DNA of 50,216 nt, taken from NCBI GenBank assembly GCA_027310405.1, contig DAIDAX010000002.1, positions 1-50,216 on the forward strand, in the 5' to 3' direction. Positions 43,894 to 50,216 of the stretch are shown piece after piece (position 1 is the first letter of the stretch; each line of letters starts with the position of its first letter). This stretch comes from a bacterium. Lineage in GTDB: Archaea; Aenigmatarchaeota; Aenigmatarchaeia; CG10238-14; SCSR01. Below the pieces are notes generated by a model. That model made no database searches and had not been told where the DNA came from. It worked only from the letters and a program-made list of their open reading frames with translations. The position numbers were made by a program, and so were the translations under genes.

Positions 43894-43952
43894 TTTCTCA
43901 CTTGTCGAGTTTGCAAAGCAATATATTTATCGATTGTCAACTGCTGTACATT

Positions 43953-44705
43953 ATGCTAACTCTAGTTGGTCTTGGATTGACAGATGAGAAAGATTTATCA
44001 TTACGCGGAATAGAAGCCGCGGAAAAAGCTGATAAAATTTATATCGAATTGTACACTGGTGTTTGGAAAGGAAGTTTAAAAAAGCTTGAGAAAATTGTTA
44101 AGAAAAAAATTTTCATTTTACAGAGAAGTGATTTGGAAGAAAATTCTGAAAAAATTTTGAACGAAGCTAAAAACAAAAAAATTATTTTATTTGTTCAAGG
44201 AGATCCATTAGTTGCTACAACACACAGTTCTCTTTTAGTTGAGGCACGAAAGAAAAAAATTCCTACACAAATTATTCACAATTCATCAATAGTATCTGCT
44301 GTTACAGAAACAGGATTGCATATTTACAAGTTTGGTCCGACTGTAACAATTCCATTTCCAGAAAAAACAAAAAATATTTTGCCAGAATCTATTTACAGAA
44401 CGATTGAGGAAAATCAAAAACGCGGACTTCACACTCTCTGTTTACTTGATCTTGGCGGAAAATCCGGCGGAATGCAACCAAGTGAAGCAGCTAAATTCTT
44501 ACTCGATATGGAAAAGAAATTTGGTGCTGGAATTATAGACGAAAACACTAAAGTTGTTGTTTTTTCTTCAGGCAAGAAATCCTTTCTCAAGTATACGACC
44601 CTAAATAAACTGAATAATTTAAAAGTTTCTCCAGCTGTAATAATTATCCCAGGAAAACTTCACTTTTCAGAAAGTGAATTTCTCAAGGAATTTGCAGATG
44701 GTTAA
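43953..44705 (+). CDS. dph5: diphthine synthase
   Basis: MLTLVGLGLTDEKDLSLRGIEAAEKADKIYIELYT, VQGDPLVATTH, GLHIYKFG, GLHTLCLLD. Start set at the internal ATG; the upstream 45 codons in the track look non-coding. Confidence 0.88.
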   Translation: MLTLVGLGLTDEKDLSLRGIEAAEKADKIYIELYTGVWKGSLKKLEKIVKKKIFILQRSDLEENSEKILNEAKNKKIILFVQGDPLVATTHSSLLVEARKKKIPTQIIHNSSIVSAVTETGLHIYKFGPTVTIPFPEKTKNILPESIYRTIEENQKRGLHTLCLLDLGGKSGGMQPSEAAKFLLDMEKKFGAGIIDENTKVVVFSSGKKSFLKYTTLNKLNNLKVSPAVIIIPGKLHFSESEFLKEFADG

Positions 44706-44731
44706 CAAGCTTAAATAATTATCGATTTAGA

Positions 44732-45226
44732 ATGATGAGTATGAGCATGAATTCGGATTACACTCCGAGCAGCAGGGCAATGTTACCGCAAGATGGACTT
44801 ATTCATGGGTATAATCTTTCCAAAGAACGTGGTCATGCCGCCGCAAGCATTGTTGCTGAGCATGCCAGAGAGAGTGTTTTTTACCAATCAGTACTTTTGC
44901 CTATAATGAACACGTTCTACAAAATGTCAGCTGACTGGTTCAAAGAACTTACTGGATACAAAGAAAAGTTGAAAAACACCAAAGACCCAGAAGCAAGATC
45001 TTACTACGAAAAGGCATTCGGAATGGGTCGCTATATGTTTAGAGGTCTTGCAATACGCGCTAGAGAAATTTTCGAAAAAATTTACAAACCTATGCAACAG
45101 GAACAATTAGATGCGGCTAAAGCAGAGTACGATAAAATAACACAGCCAATAATTGAAGAACTAGATAAATCAAAGGCAACGGCAGACAATGCGGACAAGC
45201 TGAAAGCACAGCTCTATTCCATTTAA
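44732..45226 (+). CDS. hypothetical helical soluble protein (164 aa)
   Basis: Intact ORF, convergent with the membrane-protein operon. No motif recognised. Confidence 0.5.
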   Translation: MMSMSMNSDYTPSSRAMLPQDGLIHGYNLSKERGHAAASIVAEHARESVFYQSVLLPIMNTFYKMSADWFKELTGYKEKLKNTKDPEARSYYEKAFGMGRYMFRGLAIRAREIFEKIYKPMQQEQLDAAKAEYDKITQPIIEELDKSKATADNADKLKAQLYSI

Positions 45227-45254
45227 ATTAAATTCAGAAAATACTACTGATTTT

Positions 45255-45848
45255 TTATTCTGATTTTCCTTTAGAAGGATTTTGTTTTTCTCCACTACTT
45301 GAAGCATAAATTACAACTAAAGCGGTGAGAACGAATACAACAATCAATGCGAGATCTGATGAGCTCAATCCTGGGAATTGGAATATTGGGGCACTTCCTG
45401 TTCCAAGAGAAATTCCCGGAAATATCGAAAGTCCACCGCTTGAAGCAAAAACTCCAACTGCAAGAATTATTGCCGCCAAAACAATCCACTTTACATCCTT
45501 TGAAATGTCCTTTAGCTTGTCTTCACCTGCAGTCGGAACGACAATCATTACAGTGATGAGCATGAAAACGAGTATCGTCAAAACTACAACCAAAGTACTT
45601 CCCGCTAAGTTAGTAAGAAACTGAGAAAGCGTGAGTGCAGCTGGTCCAACTGGTGTATAGACAAGGAGGAATGCAGAGAACGAAAGTGCGATGATGATGT
45701 TTATTCTTTTTCCAGCCGCATCCTCTCCGAAAATTTTTGCTCTGTCAAGCAATCCGTAGAATATTGCAAACATCAGAATGAAAGGCAGGTAGAATTGAAA
45801 AATCCCAAGATCTTTCGCCTGAGCTATCAGGTCTGCAAATGTAACCAT
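45255..45848 (-). CDS. paralogous polytopic membrane protein, member 1 (5 TM)
   Basis: MVTFADLIAQAKDLGIFQFYLPFILMFAIFYGLLDRAKIFGE core shared with five neighbours. Gly/Pro-rich loop before the last TM. Confidence 0.8.
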   Translation of the reverse strand: MVTFADLIAQAKDLGIFQFYLPFILMFAIFYGLLDRAKIFGEDAAGKRINIIIALSFSAFLLVYTPVGPAALTLSQFLTNLAGSTLVVVLTILVFMLITVMIVVPTAGEDKLKDISKDVKWIVLAAIILAVGVFASSGGLSIFPGISLGTGSAPIFQFPGLSSSDLALIVVFVLTALVVIYASSSGEKQNPSKGKSE

Positions 45849-45885
45849 GTTTCCAAAAACAAATTCGTTTTGTAAACTTTAATAC

Positions 45886-46437
45886 CTATTTTCCGCCGGG
45901 AACTACAACTATCGCTGCTACAGAAACTATGAGAATGATTAGAATAATAATTGTCGTTATTGTATCTTGGCTCAATCCACCAAAGCTGGGACCGGAAACT
46001 CCTCCAGGAATAATGAAATTTACCAGTCCGCTCGAAATTAAAATTCCAGCAGCGATTAAAATTCCAGCGATAACAAATCCAACTCCACCTTTACCGATTT
46101 GTTTTGACAGTGACTCGGCAAAATTTTCCGGCAAAAACATTCCACCAATTAAAATTCCGACTATCACAACCAGCGTCGCCATCGTCGCTTGAAAGAAGAA
46201 TGTCGAGAGTGTAAGTTGCACATTAACCCCGGCGATTACCGGATACGCCCAGACCATGAACGCGGCAACAATCGCAACGACAGCATTTATTGCAACGTTA
46301 GCATTCGGTTCTCCGAAAACTTTCGATCTCCTAAGAAGTCCGTAGAAAATTGCAGCAGTCAGCATGAATGGAAACAAAAATTGGAATGCTCCAAGGCTGT
46401 TCAGATTGTTTATCACTGTTTCGAATGGAGATACCAT
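45886..46437 (-). CDS. paralogous polytopic membrane protein, member 2 (5 TM)
   Basis: MVSPFETVINNLNSLGAFQFLFPFMLTAAIFYGLLRRSKVFGE. Same architecture as members 1 and 3. Confidence 0.8.
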   Translation of the reverse strand: MVSPFETVINNLNSLGAFQFLFPFMLTAAIFYGLLRRSKVFGEPNANVAINAVVAIVAAFMVWAYPVIAGVNVQLTLSTFFFQATMATLVVIVGILIGGMFLPENFAESLSKQIGKGGVGFVIAGILIAAGILISSGLVNFIIPGGVSGPSFGGLSQDTITTIIILIILIVSVAAIVVVPGGK

Positions 46438-46447
46438 GTTTCATCAA

Positions 46448-46987
46448 CTAAATTCTCGCGATTCCTGTCGCGACTATCAACAACACAATAAATATTATGA
46501 GTCCAGCAGCGATTAATATTACGTCTGTCGGCGTTGTTGGTGCAGATCCTGGTGCAGCAGGTTTGCCAAGATTTCCAACGAACACGGTTATGAGTCCGCT
46601 CGTCACGAACAATGCAATTGCGAGCACGACCATGAGGAAGAGAATCGATCTGCTTTTGATACGCTCTGTCAAAAATGTTCCAAGGTTAGGATAGAACAAA
46701 CTTGCGAGCATGAAGCCTACGAAGACTATTATGATGAAGACCGTTGCCTGTGTGAAAAACGTTGCAAGCGGGGTTGCGAGACTGACTCCAACAATAACTG
46801 GATAGCCAAAAATCATGAAAGCGACTGAGAGCGCAAGAACAGCGTTGATAACGACTGATTCTCCAAGAACTTTCGACTTTCTCAGCAACGCGTACAGAAT
46901 CGCGGCAGTGATGATGAACGGAAAAATGAAATTGTAGAACCCGAGATTAATCATTGTCTGTACTACTGCGTCAAAAGGTGTAGTCAT
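46448..46987 (-). CDS. paralogous polytopic membrane protein, member 3 (5 TM)
   Basis: MTTPFDAVVQTMINLGFYNFIFPFIITAAILYALLRKSKVLGE. Starts 10 nt upstream of member 2. Confidence 0.8.
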   Translation of the reverse strand: MTTPFDAVVQTMINLGFYNFIFPFIITAAILYALLRKSKVLGESVVINAVLALSVAFMIFGYPVIVGVSLATPLATFFTQATVFIIIVFVGFMLASLFYPNLGTFLTERIKSRSILFLMVVLAIALFVTSGLITVFVGNLGKPAAPGSAPTTPTDVILIAAGLIIFIVLLIVATGIARI

Positions 46988-47033
46988 TCTATCTCTTAAT
47001 TAATTTCGTTTGTAAGCAATTTATTCTTTAGAA

Positions 47034-47522
47034 TTACGTGCGTCCTCTGTGCAATAATCTGTCTCGACGTCTTTTCAATTCTTCAATCGTGTCGTCTATC
47101 TCGTCTTTTTCGTGTTCGTCGTCCGTCTCGTCGTATTTTTCTTCCAGCTTCGCGATTTTTTTGTTTATTTCTTTGACTTCGTCGTCGACATTTCCAAATT
47201 CTCTTTCCCATCCTTTTCCACGACCAACCGCATACTGAACTGCGCCGAAAATAAAGAGTGCGAAAAATATTGCGATTGCAAATCCTCCAGTGAACTGCGA
47301 CATCGTTGTTGTGAAAGTTACGAATGCTTGCGTGTTCGCGAAGAAAATTGTTATGATTAATGCCAGAATCGCACTGATTTTGTTGTTGAAAAGTTTCAGC
47401 AAACGAATTACTGAGTAGAGAATTAGGAAACTGAAAACGAATGGCAGGAAAAAATTGTAAATCAAATCAGGAAACCCCGATTGAGATAAAGTTGTGAGAA
47501 GAATAGAATTTTCAAAGACCAT
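47034..47522 (-). CDS. paralogous membrane protein, member 4 (3-TM core plus acidic coiled-coil tail)
   Basis: GFPDLIYNFFLPFVFSFLILYSVIRLLKLF core. C-terminal tail DDEVKEINKKIAKLEEKYDETDDEHEKDEIDDTIEELKRRRDRL. Confidence 0.75.
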   Translation of the reverse strand: MVFENSILLTTLSQSGFPDLIYNFFLPFVFSFLILYSVIRLLKLFNNKISAILALIITIFFANTQAFVTFTTTMSQFTGGFAIAIFFALFIFGAVQYAVGRGKGWEREFGNVDDEVKEINKKIAKLEEKYDETDDEHEKDEIDDTIEELKRRRDRLLHRGRT

Positions 47523-47565
47523 TGTTTAAAATTTTGTTTTCAAAATTAATAAGTTAGAAAAATTT

Positions 47566-48741
47566 CTAGTAGATTTTGTTCAGAATAGTCGACCAAGAAG
47601 AATTATAAGTTTGCATAAGGTCGGCAGCCAATTTTTCTAGATTGGAATTTCCTTTTGCCGCTGCAAACAGATCGTCGAATCTCGCTCCGTCAACCCATCT
47701 CGATGCAGAGATGTAACCTTCGTAAGTTTTAGCTCCACCTTTCTTCCCTTTCTTAGCATAAGCATTAACAACTTCTCCCTGTTTCCAAGCTATCGAGCCT
47801 CTGATAGATTCGTAAGAAGCATAAAAGCCTGGCACACACGTTGTCTGCGCTCCAGTAGTTGTTGTTGTCGGTTGCGTGTAAGTCATAGTTTGCGGCATGA
47901 TGTATCCTGGAACAGCACTCAAAGATTTTCGAATGTCTGCACGTCTTCCCCAACGCGTATTTTTGTAGAGTTCCGAAGCAACATACTTTGAACCGCGATA
48001 AGTAGCTGACAAAACTCTTTTCGTTGGCTTTTCAAGTCTTTTCGACTGTGTATAAACTTTTCTCGCAACTCTCTTTGTCGGCGCAGCAACTTTCTTAGAT
48101 CTTTGATAAGTAGTTTTTACCGCGCTCTTTGTTCGTCTCGCAATCCTTCTTGGAGATTCTTTGAAATTAATGTAAATGTTTCCGAGATTCTCCTGAACAT
48201 TTATCTGAGTAAGTCTGTCTACTCCTCTTACAAGCCCTCTATAACTTTTTGCAATTATTGGAAATCTTCCGTATTCTGCTTCTTTCAATCTCTTTCGAGC
48301 AACAGTCGGATTCGGAAGACCAGCTTCTTGCACCAAAGTGTCGGCGAATTTTTGCAGTGAATAATCGTGTTTCATGTAATCCATGTTCCAGTCAATAAAC
48401 GAAACTTTCGGCTCAATGTCCCAGTTAGAAACTCTGAAAATCGGATTTTGAGATCTTGGACTTTCGTATATCTTTAGCGAAGAGTTAGTTTCAGCAACGT
48501 AATATTTTGTCTTAAGTGGTTCTAGACTCTTTTGCAATCTTGCATTTTTCAAGTCTATAGTTTTGGAAATTTTTACATTGAGAGATTTGTTATCTGGTTC
48601 ATAATAAAATCTGTCCACGGCAAAGAGGCGTTTCATATCCTTCTCAAAACGTCCGATAACAGTTGCTTGCGTCCTTTTGTCTGAAGTCTTGTATTTCTTG
48701 CTTTCTACAAGCCTGTCAAAACGTTTTTCAATCCAAGACAT
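47566..48741 (-). CDS. hypothetical soluble basic protein with internal ~18-aa repeats (391 aa)
   Basis: Long intact ORF inside the membrane-protein operon. Repeats KTTYQRSKKVAAPTKRVAR / KVYTQSKRLEKPTKRVLS / ATYRGSKYV, and a poly-Thr segment PTTTTTG. Confidence 0.75.
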   Translation of the reverse strand: MSWIEKRFDRLVESKKYKTSDKRTQATVIGRFEKDMKRLFAVDRFYYEPDNKSLNVKISKTIDLKNARLQKSLEPLKTKYYVAETNSSLKIYESPRSQNPIFRVSNWDIEPKVSFIDWNMDYMKHDYSLQKFADTLVQEAGLPNPTVARKRLKEAEYGRFPIIAKSYRGLVRGVDRLTQINVQENLGNIYINFKESPRRIARRTKSAVKTTYQRSKKVAAPTKRVARKVYTQSKRLEKPTKRVLSATYRGSKYVASELYKNTRWGRRADIRKSLSAVPGYIMPQTMTYTQPTTTTTGAQTTCVPGFYASYESIRGSIAWKQGEVVNAYAKKGKKGGAKTYEGYISASRWVDGARFDDLFAAAKGNSNLEKLAADLMQTYNSSWSTILNKIY

Positions 48742-48805
48742 GTTTATCTTTCACTACTTGAGAGTACTTAAATATTTATATTCTCGAGAATACAGGTTTC
48801 CAAAT
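48742..48805 (-). promoter_or_regulatory. possible internal promoter with imperfect palindrome around a TATA-like box
   Basis: cttgagagta / tattctcgag (8 of 10 complementary) flank aaatatttat. The element is ~35-45 nt upstream of the ATG at 48741. Confidence 0.3.
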
Positions 48806-49492
48806 TTAGCTTGGGCGCAATCTTTCAAGTTCCCTAAGCCTAGATTCGATGTCAGCGATTTCTGTTCTATACGCCTGTGCGCGTCTTTCGAGCTCTTCTC
48901 GTCTATCTGGATTGGTTTCTCTAGCTATGTCCCTCATTGTACCAGTCAAATTTTCTTCTAAAGTACTCAAACGGTTATTCAATTCACCCTGCTGAGATCT
49001 GTACGCAGAAAAAACACCAGCTTCTGTCATTGATACATTGGTTCTTTTCCAAAAGTACAGTCCACCACCAACAAAAAAGAGTAAAATAAATATCCCATAA
49101 GCAAATGCACCCATGTATGCAAGGCTACCAGCGACAAATTGATAAAATGCACTGTTGTCGAAAAATCCGGTCAAACTACTTGGACCCAAAGTAGAAAATG
49201 CGATGAGAAAAGAAATTATTCCCGCAAAATTTCTCGGTCGATCGAAAATCCTAAGTTGTTTGACAAGTCCGTAGACTATTACAAAGAGCGCTGCAAAAGG
49301 AATAATAAACTGGTAGATGAAAGCTGGAAAAACTAACCAGTCTGCAGGGATTCCAAGTATCGATGAAATTACATCTCCGCCAGGTATTGCCGTTTGTGCA
49401 AGTACTGTCGGGAGAATTGCTAAAAACGAGATCGCAAAAGCTGTAAACAGTTTTTTCATTTCCCTCGAATAACTAATTGTGTTTGTAAACAT
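48806..49492 (-). CDS. paralogous membrane protein, member 5 (signal-peptide-like N-terminus, 3-TM core, coiled-coil tail)
   Basis: MKKLFTAFAISFLAILPTVLAQT, then FPAFIYQFIIPFAALFVIVYGLVKQLRIF core. C-terminal tail LSTLEENLTGTMRDIARETNPDRREELERRAQAYRTEIADIESRLRELERL. Confidence 0.75.
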   Translation of the reverse strand: MFTNTISYSREMKKLFTAFAISFLAILPTVLAQTAIPGGDVISSILGIPADWLVFPAFIYQFIIPFAALFVIVYGLVKQLRIFDRPRNFAGIISFLIAFSTLGPSSLTGFFDNSAFYQFVAGSLAYMGAFAYGIFILLFFVGGGLYFWKRTNVSMTEAGVFSAYRSQQGELNNRLSTLEENLTGTMRDIARETNPDRREELERRAQAYRTEIADIESRLRELERLRPS

Positions 49493-49503
49493 TTAATATT
49501 CTT

Positions 49504-50136
49504 TTATCCGTACTGCACTGGAATCGAAGGAAGACTTAGCTGGGTTGCGATGAAAAAATAAACGACAATGATTATCAAAATTGACACGTATCTTTTCCAT
49601 CCACTCAACTGGTACCACGCCCAGAAAGCGAAGAACGCGAACAGTGCCGGGAAAAACTGCGTGACAGAAGTTATCTGCCAATCTTTCAGCGCCCACCACA
49701 GCAATCCTATCGGAGCGATTCCGAAAAGTTTCATGCCGAATCCCCACGGTTTCATCAGCACGTAAAGAATTCCGAAAAGTGCTAGAACTGTCGGAAGATT
49801 CGAGAGTGTGAGATTCGACGAATATTGGAACATCACGAAAACTACGGCGAGACCAAGAGCTTTTGACGTTATTCCCCTGACGCGCAGTCCGAGTATGCCC
49901 GCGAGTCCGAGCCACATCGTTATCGAACCGCCGAAACGTAGCGTCGGAAATGCAAGAACCAAACCAAGAATTGTTTGAACTATTGAGTTTCTTTGATAAA
50001 TTCTTCCGATGAGAAGATAGAACGCGTACCAAATTACAGCGAGTGGAATGACGAAACTCATAAAAAAACTAATCGGGTCGTACGCCGGAGAAGGAACTCC
50101 AAGAAACTGTGTGAAGATGTCTGTGTAAGTAACCAC
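49504..50136 (-). CDS. paralogous polytopic membrane protein, member 6 (divergent, ~6 TM)
   Basis: MVTYTDIFTQFLG N-terminus resembles that of member 1. ISFFMSFVIPLAVIWYAFYLLIGRIYQR is the core-like TM1. GTG start. Confidence 0.7.
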   Translation of the reverse strand: MVTYTDIFTQFLGVPSPAYDPISFFMSFVIPLAVIWYAFYLLIGRIYQRNSIVQTILGLVLAFPTLRFGGSITMWLGLAGILGLRVRGITSKALGLAVVFVMFQYSSNLTLSNLPTVLALFGILYVLMKPWGFGMKLFGIAPIGLLWWALKDWQITSVTQFFPALFAFFAFWAWYQLSGWKRYVSILIIIVVYFFIATQLSLPSIPVQYG

Positions 50137-50158
50137 AATAACAATTTGTTTTTCCAGT

Positions 50159-50216
50159 TTATTCTTCTTTCTTCATTTTCTGGATGAGGTCGCTGAGTGT
50201 GTGCACACTTTCGATA
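50159..50216 (-). CDS. 3' end of an upstream gene (partial, continues beyond the window)
   Basis: The minus-strand frame reads ...IESVHTLSDLIQKMKKEE* and is open to the window edge. Confidence 0.3.
   Translation of the reverse strand, partial: IESVHTLSDLIQKMKKEE

Noticed and set aside
45255-46987. The membrane paralogs as archaeal type IV pilin-like or archaellin-like proteins
   Set aside because: The N-termini lack the short basic leader plus (K/R)-G/A cleavage context of class III signal peptides. The proteins have 3-6 TM helices rather than a single N-terminal hydrophobic helix.
49493-50032. 179-aa ORF in an alternative frame on the same strand as paralog member 6
   Set aside because: Its composition is Arg/Ser-rich and looks like out-of-frame translation (SSHRKNLSKKLNSSNNSW...RTRGHTRTARQG). 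The overlapping frame encodes a coherent TM protein that is paralogous to its neighbours.
42980-50216. Integrated provirus or mobile element at tRNA-Leu, bounded by the 18-bp direct repeat
   Set aside because: The genes directly flanking the tRNA are housekeeping genes (S2P protease, Trm5-like, Dph5). No integrase, ATPase or capsid-like motifs are visible in the window. The two repeat copies are adjacent rather than flanking a block. A virus-derived origin for the 45.2-50.1 kb operon alone cannot be excluded.
1-50216. CRISPR arrays, rRNA genes, IS elements or transposases, toxin-antitoxin systems or recognised defence systems
   Set aside because: No regularly spaced direct repeats, rRNA-like conserved stretches, DDE or serine/tyrosine recombinase motifs, or recognisable defence gene signatures turned up on reading both strands. 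The only tandem repeat is the 18-bp duplication at 43069-43104.

Overview
Low-GC, very tightly packed archaeal chromosome segment. The gene content and compaction suggest a reduced DPANN-type genome, but that lineage call is inference. I call about 60 genes. Most are information-processing genes: stalk protein P1, Nop5 and fibrillarin, TrmI, Hel308, Kae1 and Bud32, Hjc, family-B DNA polymerase, RPA, RadA, histone, RecJ/GAN-like protein, S15, S3Ae, Trm5-like methyltransferase, Dph5, tRNA-Pro(CGG) and tRNA-Leu(CAG). The window also holds SecDF and a roughly 15 kb protein-glycosylation island (21.5-36.3 kb) that runs from a Dol-P-sugar synthase-like GT2 to AglB. I found no CRISPR array, rRNA, transposase or integrase. 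Two loci stand out. (1) At 45.2-50.1 kb, a one-directional operon encodes six paralogous polytopic membrane proteins that share a 3-TM core I cannot assign to any family, plus a basic tandem-repeat protein. (2) At 14.7-18.4 kb, a shortened DP1/B-subunit-like protein with degenerate phosphoesterase motifs lies 9 nt upstream of a catalytically intact PolB. That PolB carries an extra C-terminal C4 zinc ribbon, which resembles the eukaryotic catalytic-subunit/B-subunit layout. All family assignments come from motif recognition by eye. No database searches were run.
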